Positions 35,570 to 50,479 of a stretch of DNA of 64,000 bases are shown piece by piece. Source of the stretch: Chrysomallon squamiferum (Eukaryota > Animalia > Mollusca); assembly GCA_012295275.1 (NCBI GenBank), contig CM022665.1, positions 11,284,001 to 11,348,000 on the forward strand, read 5' to 3'. The position numbers and the translations under genes were made by a program. Below the pieces are notes generated by a model. The model was not told the origin of the DNA, did not search any database, and was given only the letters and a program-made list of their open reading frames with translations. Position 1 is the stretch's first letter, and every line of letters starts with the position of its first letter.

Positions 35570-35622
<53 letters not shown>

Positions 35623-37860
35623 TTTATTATTATTTTTTTTTTATTCCTGAACAGAAATACATATACTTGGAACTGGAAGACTTGCTTTGTAATTGTTGAG
35701 TGTAGTGTAGAATATATTTTGCTTAGAGTCTTTCTTTTTGCACAAATCTGTGTATTGACATGCATATAGCGATTCCCTGGCTTATTATTATTATTTTTAA
35801 AATGTTTTAAACAATTAACAGTATCATGTCTTTGTGACATAGTGCTGTATGAGGTATTCTTCAGCATGTATTGTTATGTACTGACTTATGTAAGAATTCA
35901 CACACGGACATAGACATCGTATGCAAGTCAGGGCATGTGTGTCTCTGCATGTCACAGTTATCATTTGTTAATTTCATCCTGTTAATTCACGTTTCAACAC
36001 TTTCAATGCAACGTGGAATGTTTTTTGTAATCTTAATTATTTTTAAATATATACAGATAAGTGAGTGAAATGAATCATCAAGAATGGATTATTCTAAGCT
36101 GATTAAGTGCTTCCGTAAGTATTATAATTTAGGTAGGTAGATAAGCAACTTCAATCCAAAAACAAATAATTTATTTCACGATTTGTTTTTGATTTTTGAT
36201 TTTTTTTTTTTTTTTTTGTGTGGTAAACTGTAAAAACAATATGTGTTTATAACTGAAGAGACATTTTGTATTTTTGTGAGTAAATAGGAATTTTAATCCA
36301 TCTTGAATGTTAATTGTTCCTTGATATATAGTGAAACAGTTTCAGAGAAATATCTCAATTTATTTTTATTTTACAGTTTGTACAACAAAGATTTTATACT
36401 ATGAACTTACACTTAACTGAAAAACTGCAGAAAAAGAAACAAAATCTGTTATTTTTATTATTTCATATTTCTGTTCTATTTAAGATTCATCCACGCTAAC
36501 TTTTTTCTTTTTTCAAAATGTAAATATGCTTTAGACTTCTTGTTATTGTTTGTTGATGATAAGTTTCTTAAACCAGCTATTTTAATAACATTAATATTTT
36601 TAGAATAGGTTAGTTTAGTGATATATATGTGTATATTCAACTGGTGACTAGATTAATTAAAAATAATAGAAAGTCATCCAGGCTTTGTTATTTTTAGCAA
36701 AAGTATGATCATCATATAATTCATTCTTTAGATCTGTTTTTCATTTTATCAGCATTTGATTTGAATCTCTCTCTGTCTTTTTCTTTTCTTTTCTCTCTGG
36801 TCTGTGTCTCTGTGTGTGTGTTTTTTTTGTGTGTGTGTGTTTTATGATAAATGGAACATTTCAAGAGCTACATATATATATAAAACAGTTATGGAACCTT
36901 ACCAGAAACAAGACAGTGAGGATTTATCCAGCAACACATCAAACACCAAGTTGAAAGCTGTTTCTTATTCCAGTAATAATGTAGCAGATAAGGAACTTTT
37001 TTTTTTACACATGTTAAACAACAAAGAACAATGATAACAAATAGTATAACTAAATACATTATTACAGTGAAGATGGCGGTCTGGAATAAAAATGAAATGC
37101 AATCTGTACTATTTTTCCTACAGTGACTACAATGTAAACAAGTTTAAAATGTCTGTTAAAGATTATATATTGTTACATGTACCGTACTTCAGTTAAGACG
37201 TCATATTATGAAATAAGTAAATAAACACAAAATATCAATAAAATGTTAATTAAACAAAATAAATCATTTATTATTAATGGGCACTAGAGAACATTTAATT
37301 ACAGGTACATTTCGTTACCAATCCATTTTGTCACTAAACATAGTGTTACAAGTTTTTTGCCTCCTCAAGATCTTGAAATGAAATTAATTTGTTCCATTTT
37401 CATTTTCGAAAATATTAAAACCACAACTTAAATCATAAAAGAGATCAATTGGAAAAATATGTGAATTAAAAAGGAGTGTTTCTGTAACAAAATGGGCCTG
37501 TAATGAAATGGTCGAAACAAAACTTTCCATTAACATAAAAACCTTAGCTAGATAGGTGTAAAAACATTACCTAGTTAGGTGTAGGGTTAAATAAGAAATG
37601 CGGCAAAAATATTCCTATATTAATAATAAACTGTCTGATAATTCAAAATGCACAGCAAACATTAGTGCTTGAATCTAAAAAATAAAAAAAAATGGTATGT
37701 TTACTCAGAATAATAAATTTTAATTTCCATTATGTATATGTATATAACTGGTCGGTAAAATTTTAAATATATTCTAAATATATTAGTAGTTTTTATTTAA
37801 ATATTTCTATTATCATAATACAATATCTTTTATTATAGCACAATATCATGGAAACATTTT
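34020..37860 (+). repeat. Segment present in inverted orientation at ~43355-47495 and ~56620-60440
   Basis: Near-identical reverse complements (e.g. ORFs 35871+ vs 45398- and 58768-; 34415- vs 46936+). 36860-37180 is replaced by different sequence in the other copies; 37860-38220 re-duplicates part of 37250-37530. Confidence 0.92.
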
Positions 37861-38324
37861 AAACAAAATAAATCATTTATTATTAATGGGCACTACAGAA
37901 CATTTAATTACAGGTACATTTCGTTACCAACCCATTTTGTCACTAAACATAGTGTTACAAGTTTTTTGCCTCCTCAAGATCGTGAAATGAAATTAATTTG
38001 TTCCATTTTCATTTTCGAAAATATTAAAACGAAAACTTAAATTATAAAAGAGATCAATTGGAAAAATATATGAATTAAAAAGGAATGAATAATATTAAGT
38101 ATTAATTGCTCTTATGACGAAAGGGTAATTAAAAAGTTGTACTGAAATGTTTTCCAAGTAAAGTGTTTCTGTAACAAAATGGGCCTATAATGAAATGTTT
38201 GAAACAAAACTTTCCACTAAGAAAATGTACAGATATTCTCTACAAAAGAAAACAAATACAGTTAATTATCCAAGTTAATCACCAACAGTTCCAGAATCAA
38301 GTTTATATATATCCATACGGTTAT

Positions 38325-39049
38325 GTATGTATATATATATATCTGCTTCCAAGAATCTGAGAATACATTTGGGTTATGGATAAAAGTTTTCACTTTTGTA
38401 AATTCCTAAAAAACAAAAAATCAGTAGTTTAGTTAAAGTAAATACACTGTGTATCAAATGTGAAGCATACAAATTAGTTTGACAACAAATTTTGGAAAAT
38501 TAAAATTCAAAATAATTTCAGTTACTGAGAACAACAATTATTATGTTGTCATTGTTTTAGTTACATTATTATTGTTATTATTGCTGTTGTTGTTGTTGTC
38601 GTCATCGTTGTCTTTGTTACAGTTTCTGCTGTTGTTAGTGGTGATGATGGTTGTGACAGTAGTTACAGTGATGATGTTGCTACTCTTGTTGTCACTCTAG
38701 TTATTTTTATCTGTTTATGTATATGTTGAGTTTGTTGTTTCAGATAAAGCTGGTTGATATTTGATTCATTCTTGATTGATCACAAAGCTGCAGATAAATC
38801 TCTGTTGATGACCTCCTTGAAATTACAGCAGAAAACAGCTGAATTTTTCCTTCCTTTTATTGGCACATTCACTATGCATCAAAGAAAGTTTGAGTAGAGC
38901 AAGAAAGTTAATTAAATAAATAAATAAATAAATAATATTATTAAGAAGAAGAAGAAGAAATACAATATTAATAATAGAAAGAAGAAAATAATAATATACA
39001 TAATAATGATGATCTGTTACTGAATGAAATTAGAATATTTAATTAAATT
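38325..39049 (-). pseudogene. Inverted duplicate of the IAP 3' end (32568-33620) lacking the RING exon
   Basis: Reverse complement matches IAP intron 8, intron 9 and the last exon; ~315 bp (32921-33235) is missing at an AAACA microhomology (junction 38712-38716). Confidence 0.9.
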
Positions 39050-39696
39050 GCCCGATTACATCCTATATAAATGTAAATATAAAATATTTTAACTACTGAC
39101 CAATCGAAATACACGCGATATCATTTTAATAGGTTGAATTTGTTAACTGTGAGTAATATCGAAATTAGAAGTAATACAAAATCTTTATAATAATTTATAA
39201 GTAACAAAAAATTATAATAATAATAATATAAGTACTATTGAATTTAGAAGTAATAGGATATCATAATAAATTCATTAATACGAAATTTATAAGTAACAGT
39301 AAATCATAGTATTAACATTACTTATATCAAATCTTAAGTAACAGGAAATATTAATATCAGTAATCTCAAATTTATAAATATTAATAATACCTAATATCAG
39401 ATTTAGAAATAAGATTACTATAAGAAAATCGTAATAATATATCTGACACAGAATTTACAAGTAATAGAATACCATAGAAATAATAATGATGATGATGATC
39501 ATACTACTTATAAGAAGAAGAAGAAGAAGAAGATGAAGAAGAAGAATATCATCATTAAATTTAGAATTTAACAAGATATTACTTATATCGAATTTACAAA
39601 TCACAGGATATCTTAATATAGATGAACTTTAAATGGATAGCTGAATGATATTACTTACAAAAAGTTATTTTAGGCATGCACTGTGAGTTCCAGGTT

Positions 39697-41407
39697 TTAT
39701 TCACATCCAGAACAAGACGGGTATCTCTTGTATCGTGATGAACCGTTCTGTAAATGCAATAATTATCTTGAAAAATCTACTGTTTGTATGTCTAAGTGTG
39801 TATGTACATGTTTGCATAGTAATCTCAAATTAAGAACTACCTCAAGTTAAAATATCATGCAGTGATATAAGATTCAGAAGCCAAAAGGTGTAGGGTATAT
39901 TATCAACATGTGATCAGCCTCGGCCAGATTATTATTCATAATGAAATCTGCGGGTTGGTAACTAATATTTAAAAACGTGATAAACGCCAAAACCAAAATT
40001 TAAAAAAAACAAACGGCACCATTAGTTCAGCATTTGATTGCTGTTCAACGCATCATAATCATTTCCCCCAAAATTCTATACCCGCCGCTGATCTTCGCAG
40101 TAGACTGTAGACCTTCGTTTCATAACGTTATAAAGTCCACAGCAGAAATAGTCATTTTTCGCAAAACAAAGAAAATGGATTTATAGCGTATTGGAACAAA
40201 ACTCTTCATTTCAAATAACCATTGGATAGTATATTTAACATCCAATATCAAATACCTCTGTAGAGCATATTTAATATACAATTTCAAATAACCAGTGAAT
40301 AGTGTTCTTAATATAGAGTATACAACAACCACTGGATAATATATTGGACATAATTATTCTTAGACCATATGCTCTGTATAGAAAGAAGAAAGAAGAAAAA
40401 GCTTGGTACATTCTGCTGACTGTAGTAATGATCAATTTAATATATATTTTTTATATCCCCAAATCTTGAAAACCTATAATGAACCACCAGCTAAATATCC
40501 CAGTGCCTACAATCGTATACACGTCATTGTTTTTTGTTTTTTTCTCAGATGTAGCAGTTTTAAGTTATAGAATATAACAACAATAATAAATATAAATAAT
40601 ATCGAATTTATAAAAAACAGAAAATATTAATATTAATAATATCCCTAATACCTGATATAGAAATGATTTTCGAAACCTAACAATTTTTCCCTTCTTTCTT
40701 TCTTTATTTATTTATTTTACCTTTCTCTCCATTGAGAATTTTTTCCACACTTTTAGATGCTAACAGTTTGGGAACAAGTCTCTGTGGCGTTCCCAGGGAT
40801 CATCTTCCTTGGTCCAGTTGCCGACACAGTTATTACATGAGTAACACCGCAGCAGATGAGAGCTTCCTGCAAAACATTAAATTTCTTGTTTAACTCGATA
40901 TGCAGTACGAATGTTTGGAATTGTCTCTCACACACACACACGCACACACGCACAAACACACACACACACACACATGGATGCGCTTGCACAAAAATGAGAA
41001 AAAATAAAATAAAATAAAAATAAAATCTGATATTGTATTATTATATAATCCACCTAACGACACATCCGAAACAGTTTGAAATCTGCCTCAAAAATAACTG
41101 AAAATTATTCGTTAGAAAGTTCTGGACTGCTGCATACAATTACTCGCAAGATCAAACACCATGATCTACCAACAGAATATATATATATATATATCAACAT
41201 TTCCTTGGATATACATATAAAATGATTTCGAGCTATTTATAGAAAAGAGAAACGACAGCAAAGCTGAAGTTTTTCGTGCATTGTAATGCGGTCCTTTTCA
41301 ATAATAGCCGATATGTTGGGAATTATTAAAGCTCGGGGTATTGTAGGAATGTCCTCCTCTGTCAGAGATGGTAAGGTTTTCATGTTTCTGAAAACAGACA
41401 ATGCCAT
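39697..41407 (-). pseudogene. Single-BIR mini-IAP copy B, disabled
   Basis: ATG at 41407; ~249-bp deletion at a CAGC microhomology (~41256) removes the BIR N-half and the donor; exon 2 (40866-40721) has CAG>TAG after FPNC; exon 3 at 39747-39697. Confidence 0.9.
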
Positions 41408-41511
41408 TTTGTTTTGTTTTCCCAGAAATTACAAATATATTGGATCGTTTTGCATGATATAAACACACGAGTGAGAGAGAGTGAGTGTGTGTGTGTGTGT
41501 GTGTGTGTATA

Positions 41512-41711
41512 CAGGGAGGTCTAAAAGTAGGTGGACAGTATATGAATTAGGGTTAGGGTTATATTATTACAATGCTGTTCATTATAACTATGGTATTTGT
41601 GCTATATTATTTAAAATTTTATAACTACAATTTACTGTCCAGCTACTTTTGGAATAAATATAACCGCATAAATGTTATCATTTACTGTCCAACTACTTTT
41701 GGACCACCCTG
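41512..41711. mobile_element. Tc1/mariner-type MITE, 200 bp
   Basis: ~29-bp imperfect TIRs CAGGGAGGTCTAAAAGTAGGTGGACAGTA / TACTGTCCAACTACTTTTGGACCACCCTG; TA on both flanks; empty site in copy D (~63085). Confidence 0.9.
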
Positions 41712-42201
41712 TATATATATACATATATTTATATAAATTGAAGATAAAATTAATGTAAGGTAGAAAGACGATCTATTCCAATAAGTATGCACAACGATTA
41801 CAAATGGATAAATGGATTACTAATAGTTAAATAGTCTCATTCACTGTCTTCAAATTGTCAATGCGAAAAAAACGAAAACAAAAAGGACAGTCTGAGAGAT
41901 AATGCTTGAGGAAATCATCTCCATGTTGAATACACAACTCAAAATAATTTGTCATCCGTTGATTATATATATTTTTCAAACCCAACAACGTTTTGCGTTT
42001 ACTAAAGATTATCAATATGTTTTTTATAAATCGACAAATAAATTCCATTTTTTTGGTACTTTTTTTTTATACTTACATTTTACCTAGTGTTAATAAATCC
42101 CTAATAGATGTGAAATAAAAAAAATAACGTAATTTATATTTATCCAAACAAACAGGGATTCTTTCCCGATAATAATTCCCGATTTTTAGAATATAGCTCC
42201 A

Positions 42202-42248
42202 GGGGTTTTCCGAAGCGTTACTAAAAAAATATTATAATTGGGATTTCC
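42202..42248. promoter_or_regulatory. Paired NF-kB-like sites upstream of mini-IAP B
   Basis: GGGGTTTTCC (42202-42211) and GGGATTTCC (42240-42248). Confidence 0.55.
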
Positions 42249-42329
42249 AAAACTTATATATATATATATATATATATGTAATACTTCCTCTCTGTGAATA
42301 ATAAACGACGTCATTAACGAAAACATTAT

Positions 42330-42370
<41 letters not shown>

Positions 42371-42844
42371 ATGCTGTATTGAAATAGGCATAATTAATCT
42401 AATAGATATTTTCCTTATTTCTTTTTTTTTTTTTCTTTTTTTTAAATCTCAGATTATCTTTTCACATTTGTTAGTTAAGACACAGGTAGCTTTATGCACA
42501 TAACAGAGTTAGGAAGCAGTATTTGGAAAACAAAATAAAATGATACAGAGACTGGTGACAAAAGCAAACAGAACAAAATATGCAACACGTTTCAAATATA
42601 CATCTACTGAACAAATTAATATGATTTTGAATACGTTTGTATCTCAGATATAATCAACAACAAATGAAAAGATACATATATGCGTAAAACTGCAGCTTCT
42701 CCCTTTTTTAAAATTAAACAAAATAAAATAATATTTGTGTGCGACTTCTGATTATGTTTTCAATATTTAGCTGTGTTTGAGCTTAATATGTATCTGACGT
42801 GAAATTTATTTCTGTACACTGACATTTTATCCTACAAAACGAAA

Positions 42845-42895
<51 letters not shown>

Positions 42896-45840
42896 CACAC
42901 ACGTCTGTGTAATATTTCAGTATGATTGTATATGTAAATACTATTATAGTCTATATTTTGTGTTTGTTATTTTTGTACTTTGATCATAATAATAATAAGT
43001 ACCGCTATTACTATTATTATGATTATTATTATATATCTTAGAATATCAGCATAAATTAATTTTAATCTGAGGACGAAAATTTAATAGTGAAAAAACAAAT
43101 CTTTCTATCTATACATATTTTTTAAAATTTTCATGAATTACACATATTTCCTGTAACATGTACACAATTAAGGCGGAATCTCACAGAAACACCCAGATAA
43201 AAGAAAGTTTCAAAAGTTTTTACTATAGCCTTTACATGATGAATAATTCAGCATTTTACAGTTCATCTGCCATCGTTATAGGGAACAATGCGTATCGAAG
43301 AGCAACAATGCAGGAACGAGGCAAAAGACATGGCTGGATCGATACATTATTCAGTTTAAAATGTTTCCATGATATTGTGCTATAATAAAATATATTTTAT
43401 TATGATAATAGAAATATTTAAATAAAAACTAATAATATATTTAGAATATATTTAAAATTTTACCGACCAGTTATATACATTTATTAATTTATTATTCTGA
43501 GTAAACATACCATTTTTTTTTTTTTTTTAGATTCAAGCACTAATGTTTGCTGTGCATTTTGAATTATCAGACAGTTTATTATTAATATAGGAATATTTTC
43601 GCCGCATTTCTTATTTAACCCCACACCTAACTAAGTAATGTTTTTACACCTATCTAGCTAAGGTGTTTATGTTAATGGAAAGTTTTGTTTCGACCATTTC
43701 ATTACAGGCCCATTTTGTTACAGAAACATTGCACTTGGAAAACATTTCAGTACAATTTTTTAGTTGACTTAGAATCATGTAGCAAAATGGGTTGGTAACG
43801 AAATGTACCTGTAATTAAATGTTCTGTAGTGCACATTTATAATAAATGATTTATTTTGTTTAATAAACATTTTATTGATATGTTGTGTTTATTTTCTTGT
43901 TTCATTATATGACATCTTAACTAAACTACGGTTTATGTGTAATTTTGTTTTCTGTGTACTGAATTACATAATATTCACAAAACCCTTATTTTTATGTGCC
44001 CATTTGAAGCAGAATGTCTGCTACATTTTATCTTATATTATTATTTTACGGTAATATTTATTTAGCTATCTTGTATAATCATTTTTATAATTTATATTTT
44101 TACAGTTCTTAAATGTTTACTTAATTAATGCTTGAGACACGTAGGCTAAGGATCACTTAGGCTATGAATTATGTTTTAATGTTTTGTATATCACTATATG
44201 TTGCACACATGTTAAGTGATTGAAGATAGCTAAATCTATTACGTGCTACGTACTTACGCTTAAAAAACTGAGATAACATATGTTAATAGTTAAAAGATTA
44301 GTTACAAAGTTAAAGTAACCAAATGGGCTTAATTAGTTTAATATTATCTATTAACACTATTTGCTTTTATAGTGTATCATCGAATCGTATGATTTAACTA
44401 TATGTTACCCTTGAGGGTTAATTTATGTAAAATATATATATATATAACAATTATCCATACTGAATTCGTGCCTGTGCTATTGGTCTCTAGTGCGATACAG
44501 AAAAGTCATTTAGTGGTTTAAGCTGTCTCGGATAATTAACACTTTGTCACGTGACGCTATTATAGTCTGCTACCCTTTAGACGGGAGCTCTTGAAATGTT
44601 CCATTTATCATAAAACACAAACAAAAAAAACACACAGAGACACAGACCAGAGAGAAAAGAAAAGAAAAAGACAGAGAGAGATTCAAATCAAATGCTGATA
44701 AAATGAAAAACAGATTTAAAGAATGAATTATATCATGATCATACTTTTGCTAAAAATAACAAAGCCTGGATGACTTTCTATTATTTTTAATTATTCCCGT
44801 CACCAGTTGAATATACACATATATATCACTAAACTAACCTATTCTAAAAATATTAATGTTATTAAAATAGCTGGTTTAAGAAACTTATCGTCAACAAACA
44901 ATAACAAGAAGTCTAAAGCATATTTACATTTTGAAAATAGAAAAAAGTTAGCGTGGATGAATCTTAAATAGAACAGAAATATGAAATAATAAAAATAACA
45001 GATTTTGTTTCTTTTTCTGCAGTTTTTCAGTTAAGTGTAAGTTCATAGTATAAAATCTTTGTTGTACAAACTGTATAATAAAAATAAATTGAGATATTTC
45101 TCTGAAATGTTTCACTATATATCAAGGAACAATTAACATTCAAGATGGATTAAAATTCCTATGTACTCATAAAAATACAAAAGGTCTCTTCAGTTATAAA
45201 CACATATTGTTCTTACAGTTTACCAGACACCAAAAAACAACAACAAAAAAACAACAAATCAAAAATCAAAAACAAATCGTGAAATAAATTATTTGTTTTT
45301 GGATTGGAGTTGCTTATCTACCTACCTAAATTATAATACTTACGGAAGCACTTAATCAGCTTAGAATAATCCATTCTTGATGATTCATTTCACTCACCTA
45401 TCTGTATATATATTTAAATATAATTAAGATTACAAAAAATATTCCACGTTGCGTTAAAAGTGTTGAAACGTGAATTAACAGGATAAAATTAACAAACGAT
45501 AACTGTGACATGCAGAGACACACACGCCCTGACTTGCATACGATGTCTATGTCCGTGTGTGAATTCTTACATAAGTGAATACGTAACAATACATGCTGAA
45601 GAATACCTCATACAGCACTACGTCACAAAGACATGATAGTGTTAATTGTTTAAAACATTTTTAAAATAATAATAATAAGCCAGGGAATCGCTATATGCAT
45701 GTCAATACACAGATTTGTGCAAAAAGAAAGACTGTAAGCAAAATATATTCTATACTACACTCAACAATTACAAAGCAAGTCTTCCAGTTCCAAGTATATG
45801 TATTTCTGTTCAGGAATAAAATAATAATAATAAATAAATA

Positions 45841-45895
<55 letters not shown>

Positions 45896-45931
45896 TAATA
45901 ATCAAAAATAAAAAAAAAAATAATAAATAAA

Positions 45932-45981
<50 letters not shown>

Positions 45982-48293
45982 ATAATAATAAAAAAATAAT
46001 AATAATAAATACAAAAATTAATATAATTTTTACTCAGTAACATTTTCTGTTTAGTGTTCATATTCCATTCAATATTCATCCACTGACAAACGTAAGGGTT
46101 GTAACATGCGAATTACATAAATTTATCATGTACATATATATGTACAGCAGTTATTCCAACTGACACAAACGGATCACCATTCCTCCATGATTCTGATAAT
46201 TTTAGATTAGGACTCAAAGTGTAATACAAAAATAAACAGTCTAAATGTATTTCTGCTAGTTAGGGAAATGACATTTTCGTTCTTTTCTCAACAGACTAAG
46301 GACAGCACTATTTTGTATTTATTTACTTAGTGTGTTTATATGTACGACAGTGAGAAAGTATCCGAAACATGGGTGACTGTTCACTTATTTCTCATTCAAT
46401 TCTTAAATCTCACCAGACTGTGACTATGTGTCTCTGTTGAGGCCCGATACGCTGTTTAAATAGGGTTAATAAAAACATATTTGGTCGGAAATGACCTCAG
46501 AGATACCGACGCTAGGTCAAGGTAACTGATTCTACCAGATTAATTTCTCTTGGTAAAGAAAATTAACCCTTTTAGCGTCATAACCATTTTTAACTTTTGT
46601 TATGGTTTCAGGACCAAGATCAACAGCAAACATACATACATCATGTCATGAAAAAGTACAGTTATCCTAAAAGTTTCAGCCTTCCGAAAATTCTTTTTAT
46701 ATCTGCTTCATTTACACAGTAAATTAAATAAAACCGCCGTTATAATTAAGTAACGGTAAAAATAAATAACAAATAAGAAATACAAAATTGTTTTGGTTAA
46801 CATTTTCCGCTAACGACCCGTTTGTGTGTTTGGAATACCGCGACACTTACAACTTGCTTTTATATTATTGAATGGGACAGAAAAGTACATGTTCCAAAGC
46901 AAACCACAGTCTGTAACTTTATGGGCAATTCCTGAATGATGGACGTCACTTTCATTGTAGCAGGTTTCGTCTTCTGTAGATGTCCAGATCCCGGAGGTAC
47001 TAGTTCCGTTCAAAACAGACAGTTCAGATTTTCGAATCATGAAAATTCATCACCTTTCCAGAAAAGTGTTTTGTCATCTGTGTGGATCAGTGAAACCAGC
47101 TTTTGTGCTAAAGATGTTAAATGACAAAGACAGTAGTAAAGATTTTTCTTCACTTATAGGAGGAATGTGTTGGATCTTACTGTATATACTTCTCCTGTGA
47201 CGGATGTTATAGCTTTCCTTCCTGTCTCAGATACAAATCATTAAATTGTATGTTTTTTGGTGTTTTTTTCATGGTGTTAGAGTCTTGGAATTGCCCATAT
47301 AATTACAAAACAAATTAGTTGATAATAATAATAAAGCTAATATAACTATCGCACCATTTATCCGGTTTCCAAAAAGATGAAAAAACAATTTAAAAAAAAG
47401 AACGAATTTACAACTTAAACGGCTTTAGGAGTCTATCAGGTATGTTGAATGTATTAAATACAGTTTTCCTCATTACTTTTCATTTTTTTTACATATTGTT
47501 ATATATATATATATATAACAAAAAAAACAACAACCCAAAACATAGATAGCCGGATAAATGATCTGGTGCCTGTAGTTCAAAAGTTAAAGTTTATACAAAA
47601 CATCGTTCAGGAACTAAATTAAGCAAAAACTCGAAACCCAGTGACCAAGAGCATGCAACTGAAATGTAAATATAAAATATTTTAACTAGTGACCAATCGA
47701 AATACACGAGATATCATTTTAATATATTAAATTTGTTAACTGTGAGTAATATCGAAATTAAAAGTAATACAAAGTCTTTATAATAATTTATAGGTAACAA
47801 AAAATTATAATAATAATAATATAAGTACTTTTGAATTTAGAAGTAATAGGATATCATAATAATATCATTAATACCAAATTTAAAAGTAACAGTAAATTAT
47901 AGTATTAACATTACTAATATCAAATCTTAAGTAACAGGAAATATTAATATTAATATCACTAATTTCAAATTTATAAATATTAATAATACCTAATATCAGA
48001 TTTAGAAATAAGATTACTATAAGAAAATCGTAATAATATATCTGATACAGAATTTAGAAGTAATAGAATACCATAGCAATAATAATAATAATAATGATGA
48101 CGATCATAATAATAATAATAAGAAGGAAGAAGAAGAAGAAGAATATAATCATCAAATTTATAATTTAACAAGAAATTACTTATACCGAATTTACAAATCA
48201 CAGGATATCTTAATATAGATGAACTTTAAATGGATAGCTGAATGATATTACTTACAAAACGTTCATTTAGGGATGAATTGTAAGCGCCATATT

Positions 48294-50336
48294 TTATTCA
48301 CATCCAGAACAAGACGGGTATCTGTGGTAATGTGATGAACCGTTCTGTAAATGCAATAATTATCTTGAAAAATCTACTGTTTGTATTTCTAAGTGTGTAT
48401 GTACATGTTTGCATAGTAATCTCAAATTCAAGATAAAATATCATGCAATGATATAAGATTCAGAAGCCAAAAGGTGTAGGGTATATTATCAACATGTGAT
48501 CAGCCTCGGCCAGATTATTATTCATAATGGAATCTGCGGGTTGGTAACTAATATTTGTTTGATTTTGATCATATTGAACGTAACAAGAACAAACAATTAC
48601 TGGACACTATATCTGAAGACTTTAATTCAAAAACGCGATAAACGCCAAAATCCAAAATTTAAAAAAAACAAACGGCACCATTAGTTCAGCATTTTATTGC
48701 TGTTCAACGCATCATAATCATTTTCCCCAAAATTCTATACCCGCCGCTGATCTTCGCAGTAGACTGTAGACCTTCGTTTCATAACGTTATAAAGTCCACA
48801 GCAGAAATAGTCATTTTTCGCAAAACAAAGAAAATGGATTTATAGCGTATTGGAACAAAACTCTTCATTTCAAATAACCATTGGATAGTGTATTTAATAT
48901 CCAATATCAAATACCTCTGTAGAGCATATTTAATATACAATTTCAAACAACCAGTGAATAGTGTACTTAATATACAGTATACAACAACCACTGGATAACA
49001 TATTGGACATAATTATTCTTAGACCATATATTCTGTATAGAAAGAAGAAAGAAGAAAAAGCTTGGTACATTCTGCTGACTGTAGTAATGATCAATTTAAT
49101 ATATTTTTTTTATATCCCCAAATCTTGAAAACCTATAATGAACCACCAGCTAAATATCCCAGTGCCTACAATCGTATACACGTCATTGTTTTTTTGTTTT
49201 TTTCTCAGATGTAGCAGTTTTAAGTTATAGAATATAATAACAATAATAAATATAAATAATATCGAATTTATAAAAAACAGAAAATATTAATATTAATAAT
49301 ATTCCTAATACCTGATGCAGAAATGATTTTCGAAACCTAACAATTTTTCCCTTCTTTCTTTCTTTCTTTATTTATTTATTTTACCTTTTCCTCCATTGAG
49401 AATTTTTTCCACAGTTTCAGATGCTGACAGTTTGGGAACAATTCTCTGTGGCGTTCCCAGGGATTATCTTCCTTGGTCCAGTTGCCGACACAGTTATTAC
49501 ATGAGTAACAGCGCAGAAGATAAGAGCTTCCTGCAAAACATTAAATTTCTTGTTTAACTCGATATACAGTACGAATGTTTGGAATTGTCTCTCACACACA
49601 ACGCACACACACACGCACACACGCACAAACACACACACACACATGGATGCACTTGCACAAAAATGAGAAAAAATAAAATTAAAATAAAATCTGATATTGT
49701 ATTATTATATAATCCACCTAACGACACACCCGAAACAGTTTGAAATCTGCCTCAAAAATAACTGAAAATTATTCGTTAGAAAGTTCTGGACTGCTGAATA
49801 CAATTACTCGCAAGATCAAACACCATGCGGCTACTTTCCAGATCTACCAACAGAATATATATACATATATATATAAACCTTTCCTTGGATTTGCATATAA
49901 AATGATTTCCAGCTATTTATAGAAAAGAGAAACGACAGCGGGTTTCCTTTCTGTTATCATCATAATACAAAAACATTTGTATCTTGTAATTAATAAACGT
50001 TCATAGAAAAACATCTTAAATGAGTGTTCATTCATTTGTAATTTTATTTTGCTTACCTATGTAAAAGAAGCCGGCTTCCGCACAATTTGCAGGAAAGGTG
50101 GTAGTTTTCAAGTCAAGAAAAGAATCCCTTCGTTCCTGTAGATAATTCATTCTTTCACCTTGCCACTGATTGCTCTCAGATTTGCAGCAAAGCTGAAGTT
50201 TTTCCTGCATTGTAATGCGGTCCTTTGCAATAACAGCCGATATGTCTTGAATTATTACAGCTCGGGGTATTGTAGGAATGTCCTCCTCTGTCAGAGATGG
50301 TAAGGTTTTCATGTTTCTGAAAACAGACAATGCCAT
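48294..50336 (-). CDS. Single-BIR mini-IAP copy C, intact, ~158 aa; exons 50336-50057, 49530-49385, 48344-48294 (last exon tentative)
   Basis: MALSVFRNMK..ERMNYLQERRDSF..CAEAGFFYIG|SSYLLRCYSCNNCVGNWTKEDNPWERHRELFPNCQHLKLWKKFSMEEK|NGSSHYHRYPSCSGCE*; CCHC zinc ligands intact; GT-AG introns in phases 1 and 0. Confidence 0.85.
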
Positions 50337-50404
50337 TTTGTTTTGTTTTCCCAGAAATTACAAATATTTTGGATCGTTTTGCATGATATAAACACACGAG
50401 TGAG

Positions 50405-50476
<72 letters not shown>

Positions 50477-50479
<3 letters not shown>

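Larger units (their letters stand above)
39070..47660. repeat. Tandem segmental duplication unit 1 (~8.6 kb)
   Basis: Start motif aatgtaaatata(a/g)aatattttaacta(c/g)tgaccaatcg recurs at ~39070, ~47663 and ~60637; colinear high identity. Confidence 0.9.

Noticed and set aside
40120-40989. Repeated ORFs MVVVY.. and ..CERQFQTFVL.. in each unit
   Set aside because: Conserved only because the duplication is recent; the latter is the wrong frame of the BIR exon.
41547-41561. TTAGGG repeats as an interstitial telomere
   Set aside because: Only ~2.5 units and internal to a MITE.
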